From a virus (taxonomy: Duplodnaviria; Caudoviricetes), in the IMG/VR virus record IMGVR_UViG_3300037602_000037: DNA of 64,000 nt; one strand, given 5' to 3'. Positions within the stretch are counted from its first letter, which is position 1. Every line of letters begins with the position of its first letter. Both the position numbers and the translations under genes were made by a program. The notes under the pieces are model-generated. The model was not told the DNA's origin and ran no database searches. It saw only the letters and a list, made by a program, of their open reading frames with translations. This document shows, in pieces, positions 1 to 9,741 of the stretch.

Positions 1-355
1 AGGTAAAAAAGTGTCTAAGGTTATAGTTGACACTGAAAAGTTTCAAACTATGGTAAACACTCTTGTTTCCGCCGTTGAAGAATCAAGTCCTATACAATTC
101 AAGATTAGTAATAAGGCTATTACAGCTAACGTGCGTACTGGAGCTAGTAATGCCAGAGGCGCTGTGAAAGTAAACGAGGTTAAAGGTAAGTCTGACATTG
201 AAGTTGCTGTGTCAATTCACCATTTGAAAGACTGTTTGTCCACAATGAAGGAAAAGGTTACTACCATAGTTTTGTACAAGAACATGCTAGCTCTTGAAAG
301 TTCTGGAAAAGACACTAAGGTAGTAGCCGCTATGTCATGCGTGGGTGTTAAATGA
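1..355 (+). CDS. 5'-truncated protein, possibly the C-terminal part of a sliding clamp (beta-clamp-like)
   Basis: Frame is open to the window edge; alternating beta/helix pattern (IQFKISNKAITANV...IEVAVSIHHLKDCL) resembles clamp domains; lies near the DNA polymerase. Confidence 0.35.
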   Translation, partial: GKKVSKVIVDTEKFQTMVNTLVSAVEESSPIQFKISNKAITANVRTGASNARGAVKVNEVKGKSDIEVAVSIHHLKDCLSTMKEKVTTIVLYKNMLALESSGKDTKVVAAMSCVGVK

Positions 356-771
356 TAGATTTAAATAGGCTGTATTCCGAAAGATTTCTACTAAAAACTT
401 ATGACGAACAAATATTTTCACGTCCTGAGTTTAAAACAGGACTATTGAACCCTTATTTGTTCATAGTTGATAAAGAAGCTTCTACGACGGCTACCCATTA
501 CACTTTGTCTTCCATTGAAGATATAGGGTACGATATACATATTATAACGTCATATCAGAAAGTATTGTTTTACCTTATTGACGTTAAATATGCCTACCAC
601 GATATGTACATCAATGGAATTGTTATACGTAATAAGAAAAACACACCTTTACCAGAAATTGGCCAAGATGTAAGTATTAAGTATAATATGGATCACTTTC
701 TTGTCATTTCTAATAAATCGGGTTCATGTACGGTATTTGGTAAAAACATGACTACCGACCCTAAAACATGA
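352..771 (+). CDS. hypothetical protein
   Basis: 139 aa ORF, ATGA overlap with upstream stop. Confidence 0.6.
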   Translation: MIDLNRLYSERFLLKTYDEQIFSRPEFKTGLLNPYLFIVDKEASTTATHYTLSSIEDIGYDIHIITSYQKVLFYLIDVKYAYHDMYINGIVIRNKKNTPLPEIGQDVSIKYNMDHFLVISNKSGSCTVFGKNMTTDPKT

Positions 772-781
772 GGATTTTACC

Positions 782-1258
782 ATGAAATTGGCTTATTTCT
801 TAGATATAAAAAAGGCCCTAGTAACTACTAAAAAGTTGAGTGATAGTGGTGAACGCGTTGCAGGGTATAAAGGTCCAGACTCAGGCCATGATAAACCTAT
901 ATACAGTTTGGCTTCTTTACAATATAGAGATGATCAAGCCCTGTTGAAAGTTGTACAAAAAGTTATTCGAGACGCTGATAGGTTAAAGATTATACTAGTT
1001 ATTTCGCCAGAAACTTTGTCACGTAGGAATAACGTAGATAGAATATTGGCCAAATTGGACTTTGAATTGAAAAATGGATGGCTTGTAAGAAAACCTAAAA
1101 ACTATTCGATTGTATCGATTACTGAATTTGATAAAACTTATCTTAGGCCAAGGCGTAATTATGATGAAGAATTAGAAGAAGTTTTAGATGAGAGAAAAGC
1201 TGAATACGTTGGTATTAATAACGCATACGGAGAACGTATAGCATTACATACGATTTAG
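782..1258 (+). CDS. hypothetical protein
   Basis: 158 aa ORF with GAGGA SD. Confidence 0.65.
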   Translation: MKLAYFLDIKKALVTTKKLSDSGERVAGYKGPDSGHDKPIYSLASLQYRDDQALLKVVQKVIRDADRLKIILVISPETLSRRNNVDRILAKLDFELKNGWLVRKPKNYSIVSITEFDKTYLRPRRNYDEELEEVLDERKAEYVGINNAYGERIALHTI

Positions 1259-1301
1259 CTGGTAGTAAAGTAATGTATAATGCAAATTAAGGACGTTCGT
1301 A

Positions 1302-4205
1302 GTGGTAGAACTATCAGTTACACGATCTAAGCTTAAAATTGGTAAGACCAAAGTTAAGACGCAAACAGTTATTGTAGGAAGTGGTAAGAAAAATATCATT
1401 ATATTCGACGACTACTTTAACTTAGATGACGAGCAATCTTATGACACGTTTAACTCTATGTGCTACCAAGTATGCGCGTGTCTAAAGAAAGGCTTCACGT
1501 TTATATATGTGGGTACTAATGGCTTAGAAAGTAGTGGTTTAGAAAAGATTATTGACAAGTATGAACCCTCTGGAATACTATACGTAGACTCAGCTCCATT
1601 TACTAAAATGGGGCTTTCTTACATTAAGTACTTCAGTTATGTTAGAGAACATAATGGTGTACCAAGTTGTCTATCTACCCCGATGTATAAATGGTCTTCT
1701 AGTTCCGAGTACAAAAAGGGTGAAGGGCCCAAAAGTATAATAGGCTTTAATTTGAAGCACCTTACTTGGGTCGCTCAAGGTAATAACGGTTTCGAAGATT
1801 ATTCCCATTTGTTCAAGGATTTTCCTATACGAATAGTAAAGACTTTGAATCAATTCAAGAAAATGTATTATAAGCTTAAAAAGGCTGATGTAGTTTGCTG
1901 CGACATTGAGGGTAAGGGTCTAAAGCTTATTACCAACACGGTATACACTGTACAATTTGGTATTTGGGAAAAAGGTAGGATTGTAACATACGTATTACCA
2001 TGGAAACATAGGGACCACGTATGGAATAAGAAGCATCTGAGATTAATAAAACGAGGTTTGGTTAAACTGTTCTCCGATGAGAAAAAAGAGTTTGTTTTCC
2101 ATTCTTCATCCTACGACGTAGGACAACTTTGCCACATTACTAACATGGACGTGTTTCCTGCTCCTATATATGATACTATCTCCGGTATATTTGCAGAAGA
2201 TGAAAACTGGAAATTTTTAGATAAAATATATAGGTCAACTGAATGGTCTAAGGGTTACTTCTCCCCGTATTCTCTTGAAACTCTAGAACATAGACACAAC
2301 TTATTTAGGCCAGGTGATATACTTGAAAAAGATGATCGTACTAATATGTCACGATTCTCTTTGGACGAAATAGCCACATACGGTGCTTATGACGTAGTAT
2401 CTCCATTGATAATACGTAAGCAGCAAATTCAGCGGTCTACTAGTAAGTGGGTAGGATATAAAACTAAAAAAGATTATCTAAATCTGGTATTGTACCAACT
2501 TGGTGTAATGCAAAAAACCTTTTCTCTTTTGAATAGTAAGGGTATTCATATTGATAGAAGTAATTTGGCTGAATTGACCAAGAAGAATAACGTGTTTATA
2601 CAAACAGTTGATAGAATTACTAAGGAACTGTTGAACACTAAACATGGCAAAAAAGCGAATAGGCTAATCTTGCGTAAAAATGGTATAGAACCTTCTGGTG
2701 GATTATTTTCTACGGAAGAAGCTATTGCATTCTCAATGACTAAGCCTGCGCATAGACAAATGCTATTCTTCAAAGTAATGAAGTTAGAAGCTACCTCTAT
2801 AGGCAAATCAGGCGATCCTTCTACTAACAAGGCTTTCCAAAATAAGTATAAGGATATTGAAGAAGTAAAATTATTCTCGCATTTCAACAAAGTTCGTACT
2901 CTTAAATCTAACTTTGCAGATTCCATCAATAAGATAACAAAAAATGATGAAGATTATGCCGTAGATGGAAGACTTCGTAGTATATTTAGTTTTATTCGAG
3001 TTTTGACTGGTAGGTTGTCAACACAACCAAATACACAGAATATACCATCAAGATCAGACGCTGACTTCGAGATACATAAGGATCTGGTTAAGGCTATCAA
3101 GAAACTATTCTCCGTTGCTCCTGGTAGAGTGATGCTTGGATCAGACTTTTCCGCCCATGAAGTTAGAATGTCAGGAGATATTGCTAAGGACAAAGCTATT
3201 AGACAAGCTTTCTTGGCTGCTAATGAAGCTATTAGAAAGTACAGGTTAGCTCCCGATAAATTTGTTGAAGCTGCCGCTAAAATTCTTGCTAGAGAAGGCG
3301 ACATCCACATAATCAACGTGAGGTTCTTCTTTAAACAAGACATTGATAAGAGCCATCCTTTACGATACAAGATTAAAGCAATCGTGTTTGGTGTTTTGTA
3401 TGGTAAGATGGCTAAGGGTCTAGCTAAAGAACTAAAAATTGAAGAATCTGAAGCACAATCTCTTATTGACATTATGTTCGAAAGATGGCATAGCCTAGAT
3501 AGTTGGATACATACTACGCACGATGAAGGTAAAAATAACTTCATGATCCACTATCCTAATAATCGTATCCGCCATTTGTGGGCGTATATGCATGAAGATA
3601 TTTGGGCACACAGAGCTATGGACAGGCGCGGGGTTAACTCCGTCATACAAGGTTTTAGTTCGGATATTGGTGTGGTAGCAGTCGATACCTACAAAATGTG
3701 GGTACACAAAAATATTACTAAAAACGGTTTCAACTTCGATGCTTTCCATACTAATATTGTACATGATGCTCAGTATTCTGATGTTTTGTATGAGCATCTT
3801 CCTTTTGCTATTTACTTAACTGAACATTCTATGTCAACACTTCCTATGGACTACTACAAAGACAAATTTGACTACGAGATTAGTATTCCTTTGAGTTACG
3901 GCCTTGAATTTGGTAAAGACTGGGGAAGCTTAGAAGAATGGAACTTCCGAGTAAACGGTTACGATAGTACCAAAGAAAAAGACGGCAAAACTAGTAAGAC
4001 ATACGTACCCGGATTGCTAGACATGATACGTGATGAAGGTAAGAGAGTTGATAAACCTTACGATGAAGTTATTAAAGATACTAAGTTTATTATGGGTGTA
4101 AGACAAAAAGAATTGGAGAAAAACCCATACAAAATGTTGGTTAACTCTAAAACAATAGATAAGGTTTTCGACAAAATGTATATGTTTAGAAAACAACTGA
4201 ATTAG
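1302..4205 (+). CDS. polA: family A DNA polymerase with 3'-5' exonuclease
   Basis: ExoI CDIEG, ExoII HSSSYD, ExoIII YGAYD; TGRLS..PN.QNIP; motif A SDFSAHEVR, motif B RYKIKAIVFGVLYG, motif C IVHDA. Confidence 0.95.
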   Translation: MVELSVTRSKLKIGKTKVKTQTVIVGSGKKNIIIFDDYFNLDDEQSYDTFNSMCYQVCACLKKGFTFIYVGTNGLESSGLEKIIDKYEPSGILYVDSAPFTKMGLSYIKYFSYVREHNGVPSCLSTPMYKWSSSSEYKKGEGPKSIIGFNLKHLTWVAQGNNGFEDYSHLFKDFPIRIVKTLNQFKKMYYKLKKADVVCCDIEGKGLKLITNTVYTVQFGIWEKGRIVTYVLPWKHRDHVWNKKHLRLIKRGLVKLFSDEKKEFVFHSSSYDVGQLCHITNMDVFPAPIYDTISGIFAEDENWKFLDKIYRSTEWSKGYFSPYSLETLEHRHNLFRPGDILEKDDRTNMSRFSLDEIATYGAYDVVSPLIIRKQQIQRSTSKWVGYKTKKDYLNLVLYQLGVMQKTFSLLNSKGIHIDRSNLAELTKKNNVFIQTVDRITKELLNTKHGKKANRLILRKNGIEPSGGLFSTEEAIAFSMTKPAHRQMLFFKVMKLEATSIGKSGDPSTNKAFQNKYKDIEEVKLFSHFNKVRTLKSNFADSINKITKNDEDYAVDGRLRSIFSFIRVLTGRLSTQPNTQNIPSRSDADFEIHKDLVKAIKKLFSVAPGRVMLGSDFSAHEVRMSGDIAKDKAIRQAFLAANEAIRKYRLAPDKFVEAAAKILAREGDIHIINVRFFFKQDIDKSHPLRYKIKAIVFGVLYGKMAKGLAKELKIEESEAQSLIDIMFERWHSLDSWIHTTHDEGKNNFMIHYPNNRIRHLWAYMHEDIWAHRAMDRRGVNSVIQGFSSDIGVVAVDTYKMWVHKNITKNGFNFDAFHTNIVHDAQYSDVLYEHLPFAIYLTEHSMSTLPMDYYKDKFDYEISIPLSYGLEFGKDWGSLEEWNFRVNGYDSTKEKDGKTSKTYVPGLLDMIRDEGKRVDKPYDEVIKDTKFIMGVRQKELEKNPYKMLVNSKTIDKVFDKMYMFRKQLN

Positions 4206-4214
4206 GAGAGCACT

Positions 4215-4478
4215 ATGATGGATTATTCAGATAAGTATGCAGATAAATTTAGGGCTTCTACACCTGATACCCGGAATATGGATACTCTTTGTAGGCAAGC
4301 AAAAAGGATAAGAGCGTTATCAAGTGATTCAAGCAATAAAGATAAATACGAATTTATAGCTGATAATATGGAAAGAATAGCAGAAGAATATAGTGAATCC
4401 TACACTAAAATGTGTGAAGCTAGAGCGTTAATTTTCGATTTAAAAAAGGCGTTGGAAAAAATTACTAACTTTAAATAG
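4215..4478 (+). CDS. hypothetical protein
   Basis: AGGAG SD, 87 aa ORF. Confidence 0.6.
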   Translation: MMDYSDKYADKFRASTPDTRNMDTLCRQAKRIRALSSDSSNKDKYEFIADNMERIAEEYSESYTKMCEARALIFDLKKALEKITNFK

Positions 4479-4513
4479 CTAATTACTTAGTATATCTACA
4501 TTTCAGGTGATTT

Positions 4514-4930
4514 ATGCTACAAATATACTCAGAATTTCAAAAACCTGTTCAAAGTATACTATTTAAAGCTAACGTAAGAGCTTCTCAAATAAAGTTTGTG
4601 CCAAACTGTCATCCTAGAACGTACTTTGATGAGTCAAATACCCCAGGTAGCTATGTTGTGGAATTACCATTCCATATTGACTGTAACTACGCTTTATACG
4701 TATTAGCCCATGAATGCGCCCATGTATTTTATAAACATTTAACTGACAACATAGGTAAACCTATTTATATTAAAGAGTATGAAGCTGAAATGTGGGCAAT
4801 TAAAATATTGTCTGATTTTGGTATCAAGTTATCTGATACTACAGTAAATGAGATAAAAGACAACATTCGATACAGTATTAAAGGACAATCAAACGTCCCT
4901 TTGCATATTTCTGAATGGATTTCTAGTTAG
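4514..4930 (+). CDS. ImmA/IrrE-like zinc metalloprotease
   Basis: LAHECAH (HExxH) followed by EYEAEMWA. Confidence 0.7.
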   Translation: MLQIYSEFQKPVQSILFKANVRASQIKFVPNCHPRTYFDESNTPGSYVVELPFHIDCNYALYVLAHECAHVFYKHLTDNIGKPIYIKEYEAEMWAIKILSDFGIKLSDTTVNEIKDNIRYSIKGQSNVPLHISEWISS

Positions 4931-4943
4931 AATTGGAATAATA

Positions 4944-5912
4944 ATGAAGCTTAGAGGACAATTAGAGCAACTCATAGATACTTTTATGTTGGATGTTGCT
5001 AGTCAAAAGGAACCTAGCACTAGGTTGCCTGAATTTCGTGTATCTTCTTTTCCTTATTGTCCTTTGAGAAGTCTTCTATTTAGTGGCGGCAGAGATAATT
5101 CGTATTCAATGGAATTTTATACTTCTATTGGTACAGCCGTACACGAGTCACTACAAAAATGGGCGCTTAAATCTTCCTTCAAGGATAAAATATTTTGCTG
5201 TTGGAAGGAAGTAAAGACCAAAAAAGTACACGGACCATGCTTTTTCCGTGATTTACCTAAAGAAATACGTAAAAAAGAACTTATATACGAAGAAATTACC
5301 ATTAAGTACAAAGGTTTAAGCGGTCATGTTGACCTAGTGCTTGAACTTTTACCAGATGTATTTGTAATCATAGATTTTAAGACCACAGATTTGCAAGGTA
5401 AGCGTTTACGCCATAGAAGTAAATGGCAAGATCAATACCCCGCCGAACATTCGTCAATTATTCAGATTAGCACTTACAGTACGCTATTACGTAAACTATT
5501 TGGTTTAAACGTGAAAGCTTGGTGCTTAGTATACGTGGATAGAGCCTCCGCTATACAAAATTCACGTAGTTACTATAAGCTTATGCGTCCTTGGACTAAA
5601 AAGAAGTCTAAGAGTATGATGAAGCACATTGAACGTGCTTGTGATAACAATGCTAAGTTAACTTCGCTGAACAAGATAATAGAATCATCTGATGAGTACT
5701 CTCCCAAAGCCACTAAACTGCTAAAATACCTAGTTAAAAACAGACCATGTGTTGATGAAGAAACTTACAATGATTGGATGTACTACAAATTCAAAAAGAG
5801 TTTCAAAACTGGAGCTTCTGCTAGTACTGATAGCTCAGGGCATTGCATACTGCGTAAACACTGCCAGTCATGTAGTAAAGATGCCTATAAAGCCGTTTTA
5901 TCCCGTCTGTAG
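4944..5912 (+). CDS. Cas4-like PD-(D/E)XK exonuclease
   Basis: SSFPYCPLR, GTAVHE, GHVD, IIDFKT, QISTY, C-terminal Cys cluster. Confidence 0.85.
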   Translation: MKLRGQLEQLIDTFMLDVASQKEPSTRLPEFRVSSFPYCPLRSLLFSGGRDNSYSMEFYTSIGTAVHESLQKWALKSSFKDKIFCCWKEVKTKKVHGPCFFRDLPKEIRKKELIYEEITIKYKGLSGHVDLVLELLPDVFVIIDFKTTDLQGKRLRHRSKWQDQYPAEHSSIIQISTYSTLLRKLFGLNVKAWCLVYVDRASAIQNSRSYYKLMRPWTKKKSKSMMKHIERACDNNAKLTSLNKIIESSDEYSPKATKLLKYLVKNRPCVDEETYNDWMYYKFKKSFKTGASASTDSSGHCILRKHCQSCSKDAYKAVLSRL

Positions 5913-6003
5913 TAAACGTTTGTTTGAAATAGATATATTAAGCTATTGTGCTATTATAGTAAATTAAGTATAGTATAAGTACGATTAAGCAGGGAGATTG
6001 AAC

Positions 6004-6288
6004 ATGTCTAGTGTCAACCATCAACGAGATGGCAAGGCCAAACAACGTCTGTTCTTAGGCCAAAAATCGTCTTCGTCATATACTACATTCCATAAATCAA
6101 TTAAGTGCAAAGAAGCTGGCAAAATTATTTCAGCCAGTTCTACTATTGCTAGTGGATGTTCACGCAAAGTACAAAGAGATAAGCGAGGCGCTAAGAAATT
6201 CTTGCATACTAGATTTCGTCGTGTTGAAGATGCTGCTTTGAATAAAGCTATTAAGGAAGGTGTTTACGATGGATACTGTCAGCGATAA
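6004..6288 (+). CDS. hypothetical basic protein
   Basis: GGGAG SD before ATG at 6004. Confidence 0.5.
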   Translation: MSSVNHQRDGKAKQRLFLGQKSSSSYTTFHKSIKCKEAGKIISASSTIASGCSRKVQRDKRGAKKFLHTRFRRVEDAALNKAIKEGVYDGYCQR

Positions 6289-6607
6289 ACAATTCAAATC
6301 TTTTGAAGAGGTTGGCAGGAGTTACATATTCAATTTAATTGAATCTCTTGAAGAATCAACACCTGGCCTTGACCCAACTTTTTACCTTACTGGATCTTAT
6401 GAACAAGATATTAATCAAGCCACGCAACTACGTGAAGCTTATGGAATGCCCAGACCACAGGAGGTAAAAGATTTACTTGATCGCAACGAAGTTATAATTA
6501 AAAAACAAAATGACTACTTCGATAGTATTAGACATAAACCAAAACCCTCGTCCTTTAAGGAAAAGGCAACTAATTGGTTTCTTAATATTTTAAAATCTGG
6601 AAAGTAA
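6260..6607 (+). CDS. hypothetical protein
   Basis: ORF track. Confidence 0.55.
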   Translation: MFTMDTVSDKQFKSFEEVGRSYIFNLIESLEESTPGLDPTFYLTGSYEQDINQATQLREAYGMPRPQEVKDLLDRNEVIIKKQNDYFDSIRHKPKPSSFKEKATNWFLNILKSGK

Positions 6608-6627
6608 ACGCAAACAGGAGAACAACA

Positions 6628-7128
6628 ATGGAAAAGCAACTTACACCAAAAGCCCCTAGGAAGATCGAACAGCCACGCGATAAAAAGGGTCGGTTTATGA
6701 AAAAACCGAAAGAAAATCTTAGTAAGGACACAGCAGAATTTATGGGGGTAGCTGGACCAGATGAAGAAGTTCTTACTAAGGAAAAGGTCGAAACAAAAGA
6801 TAATATCAAAAAAGAAGTTTACGCAGGTAAAATGGATGTTTTCGGCGGTCAGAAGGAAGCATTTACCCGAGTAATTGGAGACGAACATAATGCGGGCGGT
6901 GGTGGTGTAAAGCCTTCTATTGAATCAGAAGGTTCACCGCATAAGGAAAGAACCAAAGTAGAGAGTATTCATGTAAAATCAAGAGGTGACTGGGTAGAAG
7001 TACACCCTAAAGAACATGATCGCTTGATTGAGCGAGATAAAGACTTATTAGATTATCCTGATCCAAAAGTAAAGGAACCCCAAAAGGGTTTCTTTGGATG
7101 GCTAGGTAGATGGTTTGACAGAAAGTAA
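6628..7128 (+). CDS. hypothetical protein (RDKKGRF motif, charged)
   Basis: AGGAG SD, 166 aa. Confidence 0.65.
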   Translation: MEKQLTPKAPRKIEQPRDKKGRFMKKPKENLSKDTAEFMGVAGPDEEVLTKEKVETKDNIKKEVYAGKMDVFGGQKEAFTRVIGDEHNAGGGGVKPSIESEGSPHKERTKVESIHVKSRGDWVEVHPKEHDRLIERDKDLLDYPDPKVKEPQKGFFGWLGRWFDRK

Positions 7129-7141
7129 CTACAAAGAATAT

Positions 7142-7168
7142 AGGGTTGGTATAGTTCGTACCAACCCT
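7142..7168 (+). terminator. hairpin, possible terminator
   Basis: AGGGTTGGTA/TACCAACCCT inverted repeat just after a stop codon. Confidence 0.5.
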
Positions 7169-7193
7169 TAACCCCATTATGTAGGATAATAGC

Positions 7194-7856
7194 ATGTTCA
7201 AAAAGAATAACCGAAATTTTCCAGTTACTATGGAAAAACCAACATTCGTATTTCTTTCAGGTACTTCAGCTGTAGGTAAGTCCACTTTGATGAACCTAAT
7301 CTCTGATAGGTATGACAATATCACTACAGTACCTATGGCGGCTAGAACTCAAAGAGAGCGTTTAGGTAATCCTTCTTGGGAAACTTTGTGTAATGACGTC
7401 GCTCTAGCTGATAAACACCAAGAATTTATATTTAATGCTTATGGTAATATCATACTAGGTGTAGCACACCATGTAGATAACTTGATGGAAATTAGAGGCC
7501 CGCACTCAAATATATTCATTTTTGAACGTAGTCCTGTGGACGTTGGTGGATACGCGGAAGCTTTCGGTTGTAGTTACGCACTACCTATGAAACTAATGAA
7601 TCGTTTGAAATTCATTGAAAGTATGCTAGACGAGCCACATTTGGGTATTAAATGCGTACATAACCATATGGCGGTAGATAAAAAAATTCCCTACGTACAA
7701 ACAGAAGCAAGACCTACAGAAGAAATTCGTAACAAATGTGCTTCTTTTGTGGAAGTAGTACTTACAGTGCGTAATGATTTTACACACTTTAACAACTACA
7801 GTTCTGATAGTGAAACGGCTTTAACAAACTTAATCACTAACTTAAAGAGGTTTTAA
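7194..7856 (+). CDS. P-loop nucleotide (dNMP-type) kinase
   Basis: Walker A SGTSAVGKST; FERSPVD motif. Confidence 0.75.
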   Translation: MFKKNNRNFPVTMEKPTFVFLSGTSAVGKSTLMNLISDRYDNITTVPMAARTQRERLGNPSWETLCNDVALADKHQEFIFNAYGNIILGVAHHVDNLMEIRGPHSNIFIFERSPVDVGGYAEAFGCSYALPMKLMNRLKFIESMLDEPHLGIKCVHNHMAVDKKIPYVQTEARPTEEIRNKCASFVEVVLTVRNDFTHFNNYSSDSETALTNLITNLKRF

Positions 7857-7857
7857 A

Positions 7858-8055
7858 ATGGCAAGAGGTTTTCGTGGAGGTACCAAACATAAAAAAGCTA
7901 CAACTTGGGGAGTATATACAAAAGACGGAAGTGGATGTTCCACCTGTAGAGTTGGCACAATTAAAGGTAGAACCGCCGATACTGCTTTGTTAAATGCTAA
8001 ATTGAAATTTAGGCACTTAAACAAAGAAGTAAGCGTTAGACAATTGGATAAGTAA
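7858..8055 (+). CDS. hypothetical protein
   Basis: GAGG SD, 65 aa. Confidence 0.55.
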   Translation: MARGFRGGTKHKKATTWGVYTKDGSGCSTCRVGTIKGRTADTALLNAKLKFRHLNKEVSVRQLDK

Positions 8056-8380
8056 ATGAAAACACATCAATTTATGAATAAAGGGGTTAACCCCAATGAC
8101 TGGTTCTAATATACCTTCAATGCTAGACTTTAACACCACTATAAGTGTAGAAGGTGGAAATGATTCTCCCTACATGTGGGTTGGAAAAGTACATGGAGAC
8201 AAAGATAGAGTAGGTATAGTGCTGGCATCTTGTCCTACTATATTGATTTCTCTCGATCAAAGAGTTATTGGAGGACTGATATCTGCCCTTACTCAGGTAC
8301 AAGAAAATCACATTTAAACAAAGAAGTAAGTGTTAAACCTCTGGAGCAGTAACCATGAAACCTCACCAATTTGTAAATAA
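8014..8380 (+). repeat. diverged direct repeat of about 68 bp (8014-8081 and 8311-8380)
   Basis: Both copies read CAYTTAAACAAAGAAGTAAGYGTTA...TGGA...GTAA(CC)ATGAAAMCWCAYCAATTT...AATAA. Confidence 0.85.
8096..8317 (+). CDS. hypothetical protein between the direct repeats
   Basis: 73 aa ORF. Confidence 0.55.
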   Translation: MTGSNIPSMLDFNTTISVEGGNDSPYMWVGKVHGDKDRVGIVLASCPTILISLDQRVIGGLISALTQVQENHI

Positions 8381-8756
8381 GTGGTTACGTAATCGCGCTT
8401 CTGACAGATTTATGTCTGAAATAGGTGCCACTACGGAAGGGTATCGTCATTTTTTACGCAAAACATTATTTGAAGTAACTGGTACTTACTTCGATCCTTA
8501 TATGGAAGAACATAAAGCTGTTGTATCTTACATAGCCAAAACAGATGAATTCGATCGTGCTAAATCAGCTATAAAAGAGTCCTGGGTTATGCTAACTAAT
8601 GATAACATGTTCTACTTAATAGAACCTTCAGCCGTATGTAAACCAGAGGATCATGGTAATTTAAACCCCCACGTGGTAAAGATAAAAAACCTAGCGGATG
8701 AGACACTGTGGATAAGACCTGCTAACAATGATATAGTATCAGTAAATACGGTTTAA
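8355..8756 (+). CDS. hypothetical protein
   Basis: GGAG SD, 133 aa. Confidence 0.65.
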   Translation: MKPHQFVNKWLRNRASDRFMSEIGATTEGYRHFLRKTLFEVTGTYFDPYMEEHKAVVSYIAKTDEFDRAKSAIKESWVMLTNDNMFYLIEPSAVCKPEDHGNLNPHVVKIKNLADETLWIRPANNDIVSVNTV

Positions 8757-8767
8757 GGTGTAATCTC

Positions 8768-9265
8768 ATGGAAAAAATAATTGACTCGCTACTAAAGGAC
8801 TTGGATAGTATATATAGTAAACCGGAAAATGTACCTTTTGATTCTATAGCAAAGAAATGTTCTGAAACTATAAAGCGTCTAAATAGGCGAGTTGATGATC
8901 TGCTAAAGGATAAAGAGAATTTAGAAAAAGACCTTGACGATGTATCCAATGTGAATAGAAGTAGTGATATAGAAAAAATTGTAGCTGCTGCTGTCCAATA
9001 TCAAGGCGTTACATTTAGCTTGCCCCAACCCGCAAGACACTCACATGTTATGTGGGCTTTGGAAAAAGCTTTACGGTTGGCTACTGATGGCAAGGAAGAA
9101 GGTAAAAGCTTGATGTCCCATTTTTGTTGCCAAGGGTTTTTGACTAGTACCGGTCGTTTTGTAAACAGAATTGAAGCTAAGAACATAGCTTTCTTAGCAG
9201 GTCAAAAACCGCGTAGACCTGAAGATTCCCACCCTACAGATGCATTTAGCGAAGATTTTTGGTGA
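8768..9265 (+). CDS. conserved phage hypothetical protein
   Basis: IVAAA...PARH...QGFLTSTGRFVNR.EA motif recognisable from phage accessory proteins. Confidence 0.65.
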   Translation: MEKIIDSLLKDLDSIYSKPENVPFDSIAKKCSETIKRLNRRVDDLLKDKENLEKDLDDVSNVNRSSDIEKIVAAAVQYQGVTFSLPQPARHSHVMWALEKALRLATDGKEEGKSLMSHFCCQGFLTSTGRFVNRIEAKNIAFLAGQKPRRPEDSHPTDAFSEDFW

Positions 9266-9269
9266 TACT

Positions 9270-9551
9270 ATGTTTATACCATTTGATGATCAACTAGAAC
9301 ATGCTCATAGATTAAAGGAAGGGCTTAGCAAACTACCTGAAGAGTTTTTAGCTCAAATATGTCCTATATGTGATGGTAGAACTGAGTATAGACAAACATA
9401 CGCAGCCGGTTGTGGTGGAGGATACTTTAAAAGTATGGGTCCATGTGAACATTGTGGTAAGACAGGCTTAATTATGAAGAGTAGGTTTGTTGCTGCCCCT
9501 GAATCCGTAGTACACCAAGTGCTAAACGCCGCTAATCCAAACTATAACTAG
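9270..9551 (+). CDS. zinc-finger protein
   Basis: CPICDG...CEHCGKTG (DnaJ-type CxxCxG repeats); start moved to the downstream ATG. Confidence 0.6.
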   Translation: MFIPFDDQLEHAHRLKEGLSKLPEEFLAQICPICDGRTEYRQTYAAGCGGGYFKSMGPCEHCGKTGLIMKSRFVAAPESVVHQVLNAANPNYN

Positions 9552-9562
9552 AGACTACTAAA

Positions 9563-9739
9563 ATGTATAAATACCATGCTTCCCATGTGATTATTGAAAT
9601 GTGTCGTCTTTGTGCTAACGCTATTAGAAAAGATAATAAAGAAGAAGCTCAAAGAATAGCTAAGTTAACTTCTGATATAGAAGAACTATTCCCGGAAGCG
9701 GCGAAAGAAATTAACGATATATACGGTAAGGGGGTATAA
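9563..9739 (+). CDS. small hypothetical protein (58 aa, not in ORF track)
   Basis: MYKYHASHVIIEMCRLC...DIYGKGV*; fills the intergenic gap exactly. Confidence 0.55.
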   Translation: MYKYHASHVIIEMCRLCANAIRKDNKEEAQRIAKLTSDIEELFPEAAKEINDIYGKGV

Positions 9740-9741
9740 AA

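Noticed and set aside
2546-3797. Antisense ORFs within the polymerase, and similar ones throughout the structural genes
   Set aside because: Shadow frames of well-supported genes, with no SD or motifs.
4944-5912. CRISPR-Cas locus suggested by the Cas4-like gene
   Set aside because: No repeat-spacer array or other cas genes were seen; solo Cas4-like nucleases are common in phages.
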